In this document: positions 9,273 to 17,855 of the stretch, piece after piece
Position numbering within the stretch: position 1 is the stretch's first letter
How the letters are laid out: every line of letters starts with the position of its first letter
From: an uncultured Pseudomonadota bacterium
Lineage (GTDB): Bacteria > Myxococcota_A > UBA796 > SXON01
Direction of reading: 5' to 3'
Assembly: GCA_903875225.1 (NCBI GenBank)
Contig: CAIQVJ010000006.1
Coordinates: forward strand, 99,380-163,379
Length of the DNA: 64,000 bases
Notes under the pieces: generated by a model
The model's database searches: none
Told to the model about the DNA's origin: nothing
What the model saw: only the letters and a program-made list of their open reading frames with translations
Made by a program: the position numbers and the translations under genes

Positions 9273-9566
9273 TCAGACCGCGACGCGCTCGCGCAGGGTC
9301 TTGCCCGGCTTGAAGAACGCGTAGGACTTGGCAGAGATCTGGATCTTCTTGCCGTTCGCCGGGTTGGTGCCGGTGCGGGCAGCCCGCTTCTTGGTGCCGA
9401 AGGTGCCGAAGCCGGGGATGGTGACCTTGTGGCCCGCGTCCAGCTCGACGGCGATGATGCCCTTGCCCGGGTCGGCGTCGAAGAGCGCGTTCACAACTTC
9501 AGCGGCCTTCGCCTGGGAGAGACCGGTTTGCTTGGCGAGCTTGGCGACGAGTTCTTTCTTGTTCAT
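9273..9566 (-). CDS. hup: DNA-binding protein HU
   Basis: MNKKELVAKLAKQTGLSQAKAAEVVNALFDA...GFGTFGTKKRAARTGTNPANGKKIQISAKSYAFFKPGKTLRERV, a canonical HU/IHF fold of 97 aa. The longer 281-aa track ORF is an upstream read-through. Confidence 0.85.
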   Translation of the reverse strand: MNKKELVAKLAKQTGLSQAKAAEVVNALFDADPGKGIIAVELDAGHKVTIPGFGTFGTKKRAARTGTNPANGKKIQISAKSYAFFKPGKTLRERVAV

Positions 9567-10036
9567 GTGAGAGTCTCCAGTTGAGGGGGTGGACGTGTGA
9601 TCGATGTTGAAGTCGGGTGAGCACCAGGCGGGGCCGCATCGACACGTCAAGGGTATCGGAATTGTGAACGTCGCGCACGTCGCCGCTGAAGCCCGATGAT
9701 CCGCATAAGCACGTGACGAACGGGGTAGCGTCCGCGCATTCTTAGATATCATTATTCTTGAATATAAATGATTTCGTATACTTGGATGTGACAATCGCGC
9801 CGTCGACACGCTTCTGGCGTTGAATCCCGCGTTCGGGGGCACCGCCGCGTGACCTTCCGCGTCGCGCGAGCGATCTGAAAATATGTAATCTACATTACAA
9901 ATCTTTTTCGACGTTCCGCGCAGTGGGCGAGCGCCATGCACCTTTTCCGTCGAATCCCCGTCAGGCGGGGCAAATGGCCTTGCCAGAGACCCCCTGCCTA
10001 GGGTAATGGGAGCAGTCCCTACCGGAGCCCCGCCTG
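9567..10036. promoter_or_regulatory. AT-rich intergenic region upstream of HU (divergent from the 10037 gene), with palindromes
   Basis: Local AT-rich segments (for example cattcttagatatcattattcttgaatataaatgatttcgtatacttgg, 9738-9786) in an otherwise roughly 70% GC sequence. Contains the perfect palindrome TGTAATCTACATTACA at 9884-9899. Confidence 0.5.
9884..9899. promoter_or_regulatory. 16-bp perfect inverted repeat TGTAAT-N4-ATTACA (candidate operator)
   Basis: Seen directly. It lies between HU and the divergent secreted-protein gene. Confidence 0.3.
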
Positions 10037-10648
10037 ATGCGTTCCTCGCTCTCTCCTGCCCGTCTCCTGCCTCTCGTGTTCGCCAGCGCGCTGGCCCTCT
10101 TCGCTGCTGCTCCCGCACACGCCGGTGGCATCGGCCTGATCGGCACCGGCGGCATGCATGGCGACCGCGTTTATGGCTACACCACCGATCCCGACACCGG
10201 CGACGTGAAGCAGGCTCCCCCGGAGCTGCAGCTCAACGCGAACTACGGCACCGGGCTCGAGCTCACGCTCGGGGACCGCGACAACCGCATCGTCGGCGTG
10301 TTCCGGTTCTGGTACCTGCAGGACGCTCCGCAGTCGCCTCCCAAGGTGGGCGACGTGTACGCCATCCGCACGAACTCCCGCGACATCGGGATGTTCTCCG
10401 GTGGCATCCAGTGGGGCCTCGTCGGGGATCCCACCCGGCTCCAGTTGACCGCGCTCACGCTCATCGGGTCGGGCTTCCTCACGAAGGACTTCACCGAGTT
10501 CGCCATCGGCGAAGCCGGGGTGGGCGGGACCTTCAACCCGAACCGCCACATGCAGATCTTCCTCGAGGCAACCGGCGGCATCCGCTACCGCAAGCGCGTG
10601 TACCCCACGGTGGGCGCCACGGCTGGCGTTCGCTATCTGTTCGACTGA
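10037..10648 (+). CDS. Secreted hypothetical protein, possibly an outer-membrane or beta-rich protein
   Basis: Signal peptide MRSSLSPARLLPLVFASALALFAAAPAHA. Gly-rich, alternating pattern. Ends in ...GVRYLFD. Confidence 0.4.
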   Translation: MRSSLSPARLLPLVFASALALFAAAPAHAGGIGLIGTGGMHGDRVYGYTTDPDTGDVKQAPPELQLNANYGTGLELTLGDRDNRIVGVFRFWYLQDAPQSPPKVGDVYAIRTNSRDIGMFSGGIQWGLVGDPTRLQLTALTLIGSGFLTKDFTEFAIGEAGVGGTFNPNRHMQIFLEATGGIRYRKRVYPTVGATAGVRYLFD

Positions 10649-10664
10649 GCGGTCGGGCCGAAGG

Positions 10665-12611
10665 ATGACTGGGACCGCGTGGCATGGCGTGACTCGCGCC
10701 GGGCCCGCGGGACTTGCCGTTTTTGGACTTACGTTGACGGGGTGCGGGTTTTCGCCGACGGGCCTGGACTGGTCGGATGAGCTCCAGCCCGCCGGGCCCT
10801 GCTACGATGCCAACCTGCTCGACGGGTTGGACAGCACGAGCACCGCCGAGGAGCACGCCGTGTTCCAGTGCCTGGATGGTGAGGGCGCGCTGCACTCCTT
10901 CGCAGGTGTGGACGCGAGCCTCGATGCCGAGACGAGGGATGGGCCGGTCGGCGTCGTGCTCGCGCTGTGGCTCTCCGACATCACGGCCTCGGTGGACGGC
11001 GAGACGCTGGGTACCTTGATCGGCGCGGTGGGCGACGTGCTCGACGACCCGACCTTGGTCACGGATCGGCTGCCGGTGCTGTTCGAGGTCGCATACGGCG
11101 TGCCGTTCTCCTGGCTCGGTTCGACCGTGGATCCCACGACGGACTCGATGGCGGCCGGCCTGCTCGTGCCGATGATGGACCTCGCGGGCCCCGCTGCCAC
11201 GACGTTGCTCGATGACGACGCCTGGGTCCAGCCCACGGCGGACGCGCTCCGCTCGGATCGCATGGTGTCGCTGGTGTGGACCGTCGCGGCCCTCCCGACC
11301 GCCACGGACCCGACGCTCAAGACGCTCGGCGAGGACTGGCCCGACCTGGTGAGCCAGGCGGTCTCGGACTCCGAAGACAGCTCGAATGACCGGTGGAGCG
11401 GGGCGAGCGGCAACTCGCTGCGAGACCTCGCGGCCGCCCTCGTCGCTCCCGGCTCGAACGGCGACATGACCCTGGACGTGGTCCTCGAGAGCGCCGGGCC
11501 GATGCTCCAGGACAGCGCAACCGGGGAGCGCGTGCGCCAGATGCTCGTCGAGCAGGCCGCCTACGGACGGCTGCAAGCCCTGCCTGCGCAGGTGGAATGG
11601 CTCGCCTCTGTCGATGTCGACGGCGGCAACCTCGACGGGGGGGAGGACTCCGCGCTCACGTCACTCGTCCGGTTGCTCGCCCGCGCAGACCAGCCTGTGG
11701 ACTGCTCGATCGACCTCGGCCTCTTCAGCATCGACTTCTCGCTCGGGAACCTCTCGGTCTCGTTGCTCGAACTGCTGGAGCAGCAGGATCCGGACACGGT
11801 CGCGAGCGGTGTCGATCTGCTCGGCAGCCTGCTCGGGGTGCCGCTGACGGACTCCATCCTCACCACCGTCGCCGACACCGGTGTGTGTCCGGCGATCGAC
11901 GATCAGATGGTGACCGACCTCGGCTCCATCGACCGCCTCTCCGACCCCCAGGTGGACGAACTGCTGCGGGTGCTGCTCGCCACGCTCACCGCGAGCTCCG
12001 GCCACATCGACACGCTCGTGGTCGCTGTGCACACCACCTACGATGCGGGCCTGCTCCCCCCGGTGGAGGGCGCCCTGCGCGATCTGGGCGACACATCCCT
12101 CGCCTCCACTCTCACCCAGGGCCTCGGCGTGCTGGTGGATCCCGATCACCACTACGACGTCCACGACTTCCCCGCGGGTGTCGAGCCCGTCACGTTCACC
12201 ATGCTCTGGGCGCTCCTCGGCGAGCTCTCCGACCCGGTCGCTCCCGCCCTCGAGGACCTGCGCGGCCCCATCCAGACGATCGTCGTCGAGCCCGCCATGT
12301 GGACGCTCCTCCACAACGGGGGCGCCGTTGTCGGCAACCCCGAGTCGGGCCTCCGCGGGCTGCTCGCAGAGGTGCAGCCGCTGCTCCAGGACGACCCCAT
12401 GCTCGGCTGGCTGGACACCCTGGCAGACGACGTGCAGGACGAGTCCACGGTTCGCCGCATCGGGGTGCTGGCCGAGTGCGATGCGCTACGCGACGCCGTG
12501 ACGGCGCCGGGCGACGCCCCGGTGCCTGCCCTGGCGGTCTGGACCCTCGACGGGAGTCTGGACGTGTTGATCCACACCGTGCAATTGCTCCTGACGCTGA
12601 TCCCCGAATGA
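10665..12611 (+). CDS. Large acidic lipoprotein, hypothetical
   Basis: Lipobox LTLTGC. 648 aa, rich in D/E/L, no recognisable catalytic motif. Confidence 0.4.
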   Translation: MTGTAWHGVTRAGPAGLAVFGLTLTGCGFSPTGLDWSDELQPAGPCYDANLLDGLDSTSTAEEHAVFQCLDGEGALHSFAGVDASLDAETRDGPVGVVLALWLSDITASVDGETLGTLIGAVGDVLDDPTLVTDRLPVLFEVAYGVPFSWLGSTVDPTTDSMAAGLLVPMMDLAGPAATTLLDDDAWVQPTADALRSDRMVSLVWTVAALPTATDPTLKTLGEDWPDLVSQAVSDSEDSSNDRWSGASGNSLRDLAAALVAPGSNGDMTLDVVLESAGPMLQDSATGERVRQMLVEQAAYGRLQALPAQVEWLASVDVDGGNLDGGEDSALTSLVRLLARADQPVDCSIDLGLFSIDFSLGNLSVSLLELLEQQDPDTVASGVDLLGSLLGVPLTDSILTTVADTGVCPAIDDQMVTDLGSIDRLSDPQVDELLRVLLATLTASSGHIDTLVVAVHTTYDAGLLPPVEGALRDLGDTSLASTLTQGLGVLVDPDHHYDVHDFPAGVEPVTFTMLWALLGELSDPVAPALEDLRGPIQTIVVEPAMWTLLHNGGAVVGNPESGLRGLLAEVQPLLQDDPMLGWLDTLADDVQDESTVRRIGVLAECDALRDAVTAPGDAPVPALAVWTLDGSLDVLIHTVQLLLTLIPE

Positions 12612-12624
12612 TGCTGGAGTTTCC

Positions 12625-13440
12625 ATGAGAGACAGTGCTTACGAAGATCCCTTTCAGCCTGGCACCGGCATGCCGCACGCCTACGGCCCGAACCTGATCC
12701 TGCACTCCGAGCCCTATCCGCTCGGTCTGCTCGCGCGGCTCGGGCACCCCGACTCGGCGCAGCCCGAGGTGGGTGTGCTCGCGCGGCGGCTCTACGAGTT
12801 CCTGTTCGCGCAGATCGCCTCCACCGAGCTCACCGTCGCTCCGGTGGCGATGCCCACCCGGATGACGGCTGCTCACCCCGGCCAGCTCTTCGAAGGGCAG
12901 GTGGTCGCCCACGAGCAGCGGGTCGTCGTCGCAGACGTCGCGCGTGCCGGTATTCTCGGGAGCCAGCTCTTCTACGAGCGGTTCAACGAGATCCTCGACC
13001 CCGTGGGGGTGCGCCAGGATCACCTGTTCGTGTCCCGGCGTGTGGACGGGCACGGCCGAGTGGTGGGGGCAGACATCGTGGGGGCCAAGATCGGCGGGCC
13101 GCTGGAGGGCGCCACGCTCGTCATCCCCGATCCGATGGGGGCCACGGGCGGCTCGTTGCTGCAGGTGCTCGAGCACTACGCGACGAGCGGTGCCGGTCGC
13201 GCGGCCAAGGTGGTGTTCGCGCACCTGATCGTCACACCGGAGTACGTCCGGCGGGTGCACGCCACGCAGCCGGATGTGCGCATCCATGCGATCCGGCTGG
13301 ACCGCGGCAATTCCTCGGAGCGTGCGCTGGCCTCGTTGCCTGGCCAGCACCCGGCAGAAGAGAGCGGCCTCGATCCGCACCAGTACGTAGTCCCCGGGGC
13401 CGGTGGCCTTGGGGAGGTCCTCAACAACGCGTGGGTTTGA
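12625..13440 (+). CDS. Uracil phosphoribosyltransferase-like protein (extended N-terminus)
   Basis: PRPP-binding motif LVIPDPMGATGGS and C-terminal YVVPGAGGLGE (compare Upp DPMLATGGS ... YIIPGLGDAGD). Confidence 0.55.
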   Translation: MRDSAYEDPFQPGTGMPHAYGPNLILHSEPYPLGLLARLGHPDSAQPEVGVLARRLYEFLFAQIASTELTVAPVAMPTRMTAAHPGQLFEGQVVAHEQRVVVADVARAGILGSQLFYERFNEILDPVGVRQDHLFVSRRVDGHGRVVGADIVGAKIGGPLEGATLVIPDPMGATGGSLLQVLEHYATSGAGRAAKVVFAHLIVTPEYVRRVHATQPDVRIHAIRLDRGNSSERALASLPGQHPAEESGLDPHQYVVPGAGGLGEVLNNAWV

Positions 13441-13442
13441 AG

Positions 13443-13961
13443 ATGCCGACCATTCGTCCCCTGTTTACGCAAGCCCAGATCGCGGCCCGTGTCGCCGAGC
13501 TCGGCGAGCAGATCCGTCGTGACCACGGGGATGCCCCCATCACCTTCATCGGCGTGCTGAAAGGCAGCTTCATGTTCCTCTCGGACCTGATCCGGGCGGT
13601 ACCGGGAGATGCCACCGTCGAGTTCCTGGGGGTGGCCAGCTACCACGGCGGAACGCACTCCTCCGGCGTGGTGCAGATCACCCAGGACCTGCGCAGCAGC
13701 ATCGAGGACAGGCACTGTGTCATCGTAGAGGACATCGTCGATACGGGCCTCACCATCGACTACCTGATGCGTATGCTTGAGGTGCGCGGTCCCCGCTCGC
13801 TCCGGGTCGCCTCCCTCCTCGACAAGCCCGACAACCGCGAGGTCGAGGTGCGTGTCGACTACGCGGGCTTCTCCATCCCCAACGAATTCGTCGTCGGCTA
13901 CGGCCTCGATCTCGGCGAACTCTACCGCAACCTCCCGTTCATCGGTGTCTACGAACCATGA
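13443..13961 (+). CDS. hpt: Hypoxanthine-guanine phosphoribosyltransferase
   Basis: VIVEDIVDTGLTI PRPP motif and ITFIGVLKGSFMF. About 172 aa. Confidence 0.8.
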   Translation: MPTIRPLFTQAQIAARVAELGEQIRRDHGDAPITFIGVLKGSFMFLSDLIRAVPGDATVEFLGVASYHGGTHSSGVVQITQDLRSSIEDRHCVIVEDIVDTGLTIDYLMRMLEVRGPRSLRVASLLDKPDNREVEVRVDYAGFSIPNEFVVGYGLDLGELYRNLPFIGVYEP

Positions 13962-14350
13962 AAGTCGTCCATACGCCTGACGCCCCCGCGGCGATCGGGC
14001 CCTACTCCCAGGCCATCGTGTCGGGGGGCCTCGTCTACTGCTCTGGCCAGATTGCAGCCTCCTTTGCAGGTACTTTGGCTGTCCGCGCCGAGACGGCGCA
14101 GGTCCTCACCCAACTGGACGCCGTGCTGCGGGCGGCCGGTTCCGGCAGGGAGCGCGTGCTCAAGACCACCGTGTTCCTGGCCGACATGGCGGACTTTGCA
14201 TCGATGAACGAGGCGTATGCCGAGTTCTTCGGGGGCCATGCCCCCGCTCGCGCTACTGTCGCCGTCGCCGGGTTGCCGCGCGGCGTGCGCGTCGAGATCG
14301 ACTGTGTCGCGGCAGTGGATGCGGCACAGGTGGGTGTGGATGTTCGGTGA
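13958..14350 (+). CDS. RidA/YjgF/TdcF-family reactive-intermediate deaminase
   Basis: GPYSQAI...SGQI and TTVFLADMADF..MNE.Y..FF...PAR motifs. 130 aa. Four-nt overlap with hpt. Confidence 0.75.
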   Translation: MKVVHTPDAPAAIGPYSQAIVSGGLVYCSGQIAASFAGTLAVRAETAQVLTQLDAVLRAAGSGRERVLKTTVFLADMADFASMNEAYAEFFGGHAPARATVAVAGLPRGVRVEIDCVAAVDAAQVGVDVR

Positions 14351-15590
14351 CACCCCCCTCCTCCGGATCGAGACGGACCAACAGCTCCAGTGGATGGTGG
14401 AGACCATCGGGAAGGCGCCTGTCATCGGCGTCGACACCGAGGCCGACAGCATGCACCACTACCAGGAGAAGGTGTGCCTGATCCAGGTCTCCGACCTGCA
14501 CAGCGACTACATCATCGACCCGCTGATGGTCCGCGATCTGTCGCCGCTCGCCGAGATCTTCGACAGCCGCGACATCGTGAAGATCTTCCACGACTGCTAC
14601 TTCGACGTCGTGAGCCTGCGCCGCGACTACGGGTTCAGCTTCCACAACCTGTTCGACACCATGCTCGGCGCGCAGTTCGCGGGTCTGGAGCGGTTCGGGC
14701 TCGCGGACGTGATCGGCAAGCTCTTCGGCCACGACATCGACAAGCAGTACCAGCGCCACGACTGGGCCGAGCGCCCGCTGCTGCCGCAGCACCTCGACTA
14801 TGCCCGCGGGGACACGCATTTTCTCGCGGCCATCCGCGAGTACCTGATCGGCCGGCTCGTGCCGCTCGGCCGACTCCACATGCTGGAGGAGGAGTGCGAA
14901 TACCTCGCGATGAAGCAGTGGAACGGCCGTGCAAAGGACCCTGCCGCGTTCCTCGGCATGACGGGCGCGAAGCAGTTGGACGAGCAGGGCCGGAAGGTCC
15001 TGCGGGCGCTGGCCGAATGGCGTGAGGAGGAGGCTCGACGGCTCGACCGACCGGTGTTCAAGACCGCGCCGGACGACGTGCTGGTGCAGCTCGCACAGCG
15101 CCTGCCGCAGACCCAGGACGACGTGATGAGCATGTTGCGGCCGGGTTCGTCGCTGGCGCGCCGCTGGTCGGGCGACTTCGTGGACGCGGTGCAACGCGGG
15201 CTCCAGGACGAGCGCGCGCTGCCGGTGGCCGAGTCCAGGGAACGCCCGCCGCGGGTGGAGCGCACGGACGGGGAGCGGGATCTCGGTGTGCGGGACCAGG
15301 AGCGGGTGATGACCGCGCTGAAGGAATGGCGGGCGAGGGTGACCCGGGAGTACTCGCTCCCGGCGATCTGCGTGGTCTCCAACGGCCAGTTCAAGGAGAT
15401 CGCGCGTCGGGCACCGACCGACCTCGCGACGCTCGCGACCCTGGGGGAGATGCGACGCTGGCAGGTGGCCGAGTGGGGCGAACAGATCCTCGCCGTTGTC
15501 GGTGGCGTGGACGTTCGGCGCGGCGCGAGCGAGGAGCCGTCGGGTGAGGGCGAAGGCGAGAAGTCGGGCAGGCGGCGTCGGCGCCGCTGA
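14340..15590 (+). CDS. rnd: Ribonuclease D (DEDDy 3'-5' exonuclease plus HRDC domains)
   Basis: VIGVDTEADSMHHYQEKVCLIQV (Exo I), FHDCYFDVV, YARGDTHFL (Exo III YxxxD). C-terminal HRDC-like repeats. The start chosen at MFGDTPLL overlaps the RidA stop. Confidence 0.75.
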   Translation: MFGDTPLLRIETDQQLQWMVETIGKAPVIGVDTEADSMHHYQEKVCLIQVSDLHSDYIIDPLMVRDLSPLAEIFDSRDIVKIFHDCYFDVVSLRRDYGFSFHNLFDTMLGAQFAGLERFGLADVIGKLFGHDIDKQYQRHDWAERPLLPQHLDYARGDTHFLAAIREYLIGRLVPLGRLHMLEEECEYLAMKQWNGRAKDPAAFLGMTGAKQLDEQGRKVLRALAEWREEEARRLDRPVFKTAPDDVLVQLAQRLPQTQDDVMSMLRPGSSLARRWSGDFVDAVQRGLQDERALPVAESRERPPRVERTDGERDLGVRDQERVMTALKEWRARVTREYSLPAICVVSNGQFKEIARRAPTDLATLATLGEMRRWQVAEWGEQILAVVGGVDVRRGASEEPSGEGEGEKSGRRRRRR

Positions 15591-15617
15591 TCTCTGCGAC
15601 GGGGGGACGAAGGCGGG

Positions 15618-16160
15618 TCAGCCTACGGCCACCTCTTCCCAGTCGGCGTCTACGACGCCCACGTTCCCGGCCACAAAGCTCCTCAAGCCGTGATTCGGCC
15701 ACGCCACGAGGCGGATGAGCAGCCGTGCGCCGTGCGGCGCATCCTCGAATTGGACCCACCGGATGTGGATGAACGTGCGATTTCCGTTGGCCTGCTGCTG
15801 CCCGAAGCGCAGCCGCCGCACGATCTCCTCCCCCAGCTCCCGTCGCGTGGACGGCGAGGGGGGCAGCGCCCACGTGGTGTCGGCCCGCACCATGTCCGCC
15901 CCGAGCAGGGAGACGTGCAGCATTCCGTCGAGGATGCCGCGCATGCCACGGACGGTTCCGCGATCCACGAGCGAGTAGTCGATGCCCTCGTCCCGCTCTG
16001 TGGGCTCGACCCCGCCAAAAAGGTCCATGATCCTGTCAAACCAGCTCACGGGGTAGTCCGGGTGGTATACGCGGAGGCGGTCGGTCACAGGCATAGTGTA
16101 CACGCAATTTTCAGACACCTCTCGCGCAGAATGGTTCCACTGAACCCGGTCTGGGATCAT
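15618..16160 (-). CDS. Hypothetical protein
   Basis: 180-aa ORF with balanced composition, divergent from the serA-like gene. No motif recognised. Confidence 0.3.
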   Translation of the reverse strand: MIPDRVQWNHSAREVSENCVYTMPVTDRLRVYHPDYPVSWFDRIMDLFGGVEPTERDEGIDYSLVDRGTVRGMRGILDGMLHVSLLGADMVRADTTWALPPSPSTRRELGEEIVRRLRFGQQQANGNRTFIHIRWVQFEDAPHGARLLIRLVAWPNHGLRSFVAGNVGVVDADWEEVAVG

Positions 16161-16207
16161 GCCTTCGCCGCGCTTACTTGATACCTGCCCGCCCCTCCCG
16201 GAGCCCC

Positions 16208-17515
16208 ATGCGCCTCACTCACGGCCCCCTCTCCCGCGCGCTCGTCGTCGAGCACCCCGACACCGCGCTCGATGAGCTCCTCCTCGAGGACGGCTGGACC
16301 GTGGACCGCAGGCAGCACGTGCCCGACGAGGCGGAGCTGGCCGACTGGCTCGCCGAGGGGCGGCACCAGGTGCTGTTCAAGCGGTCGCGGGTGCCCGTGA
16401 CCCGCGCGGTGCTTGAGGCCGCGCCCGATCTCGTTGCCGTGCAGCTCTGCTGCATCGGGGACGACAGCGTCGACAAGCGCGCGTGCGCGGATCACGGCGT
16501 GCTCGTGTTCAACGACCCGGTGTCCAACGGGCGCAGCGTGGTGGAGCTCGCGATGGCCCACCTCGTGGCGCTCTCCCGGCGCCTCTTCGAGACGTACGAC
16601 CACACCCGGGCCGGCGGCTTCGACAAGTCCCAGACCGAGCGGTTCGAGGTCCAGGGCCGGGTGCTCGGCGTGCTCGGCCTCGGCAACATCGGCCGCCAGA
16701 CCGCTCGCGCCGCCGAGGCCTTTGGCATGCGCATCGTGTTCCACGACACCCGGGAGGTGGCGCGGGAGATCGGAACCGAGCTGGGCTGGCAGCAGATGTC
16801 CACCATCGACGCCCTCTTTCGCGCCTCCGACTTCGTCAGCACCCACGTCAGCGCCCAGGATGTGCACGGCAAGTCCAACCGCGCGCTCATCACCCGCGCC
16901 CACTTCGCGCAGCTGGCAGCGGATCGTCCGAATCCATCGCCGCGCCTGTTCCTCAACCTCGCCCGCGGTTTTCTGTACGACCCCAACGATCTCCTCGACG
17001 CCATCAAGGCCGGCGAGGTGCGCCGCGCCGCGGTGGACGTGTATCCGGAGGAGCCGCGCGGCTCGGGCCCGTGGGAAAACCCGTATGCGTCGGAGCCCCG
17101 CGTCGCGACCACGCCCCATCTCGGCGCCGCCACGGTCGATGCCCAGCCACGGATCGCGCGCCGGGTCGCCCACACCATCCGGACGTTCTCCCGTCTGGGG
17201 GCGCTCCGGGACTGCGTCTTCCGGCCCCGCATGGTGCTCGGCCACACCGATCTGCCCGACGATGCCACGCTTCTCTCGATCGTGCACGGCACGACCCGTG
17301 GCGCACGCAAGGCCATCCAGGACGCCATCTTCGACGCCGGGGTCTCCAACCTCGCCACCGCCCACGTCGATCTCGATGACTACGGGGTCGCGGTGGACCT
17401 CCTCGCGCTCGACCGCCCGCTCTCCGAGGCGGAGCTGCGCACCATCGATGCGCGTGCCTCCGAGCTCACGCGTACGCCGGGCGTGGTCCGGCGGATCCGG
17501 CAGATCGCCCCGTAG
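16208..17515 (+). CDS. D-isomer-specific 2-hydroxyacid dehydrogenase (SerA/D-3-phosphoglycerate dehydrogenase-like) with a C-terminal extension
   Basis: NAD-binding GVLGLGNIGRQTA (GxGxxG). Catalytic region DFVSTHV...LITRAHFAQL and RGFLYDPNDLLDAIKAGEV. Confidence 0.6.
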   Translation: MRLTHGPLSRALVVEHPDTALDELLLEDGWTVDRRQHVPDEAELADWLAEGRHQVLFKRSRVPVTRAVLEAAPDLVAVQLCCIGDDSVDKRACADHGVLVFNDPVSNGRSVVELAMAHLVALSRRLFETYDHTRAGGFDKSQTERFEVQGRVLGVLGLGNIGRQTARAAEAFGMRIVFHDTREVAREIGTELGWQQMSTIDALFRASDFVSTHVSAQDVHGKSNRALITRAHFAQLAADRPNPSPRLFLNLARGFLYDPNDLLDAIKAGEVRRAAVDVYPEEPRGSGPWENPYASEPRVATTPHLGAATVDAQPRIARRVAHTIRTFSRLGALRDCVFRPRMVLGHTDLPDDATLLSIVHGTTRGARKAIQDAIFDAGVSNLATAHVDLDDYGVAVDLLALDRPLSEAELRTIDARASELTRTPGVVRRIRQIAP

Positions 17516-17601
17516 GCGATGCCCGGGCTCCCCCGGTGAACAGCGGGTGACGTTCCGGTGACGCCCCTTCCGGCGTTCCAAAGCGTGTTCATACTGCCCG
17601 C

Positions 17602-17802
17602 ATGGCACATTGGCTCGAGAAGATCTACCGCCGCTTCGCGGCACCGGAACGGGAGGCGGCCCGGCTGGAGATCGTCCAGTGGTCGAGGCCGGCGCGGGAT
17701 GCGGAGTGGTCGAGGCGAGTGCTCACCGAGCCCGAACCCCGACCCCGGCAGGCACCCCTGGGCGACTTCCGGTTGGATGACGGGGACTCCGACCGGTTCT
17801 AG
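17602..17802 (+). CDS. Small hypothetical ORF (66 aa) between the serA-like gene and the KS gene
   Basis: ORF only. It is not an ACP, having no DSL motif. Confidence 0.15.
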   Translation: MAHWLEKIYRRFAAPEREAARLEIVQWSRPARDAEWSRRVLTEPEPRPRQAPLGDFRLDDGDSDRF

Positions 17803-17855
17803 TGCGCTCCGCCCCAGGCGCCCGGCCCGGGGTGCGGTCCCCGCAGCAGGATCGG

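Noticed and set aside
9273-10118. 281-aa ORF as a single gene
   Set aside because: Only the C-terminal 97 aa (from the Met at 9566) match HU. The upstream part runs through an AT-rich non-coding region with no homology.
14217-14339. Upstream in-frame start for rnd (track ORF 14217..15590)
   Set aside because: It would overlap the RidA-family gene for 130 nt in another frame. The Met at 14340 gives a canonical RNase D N-terminus, with its ATG overlapping the ridA stop codon.
17602-17802. Small ORF as an acyl carrier protein for the KS cluster
   Set aside because: It lacks the DSL phosphopantetheine-attachment motif and the four-helix pattern. It is kept only as a low-confidence hypothetical.
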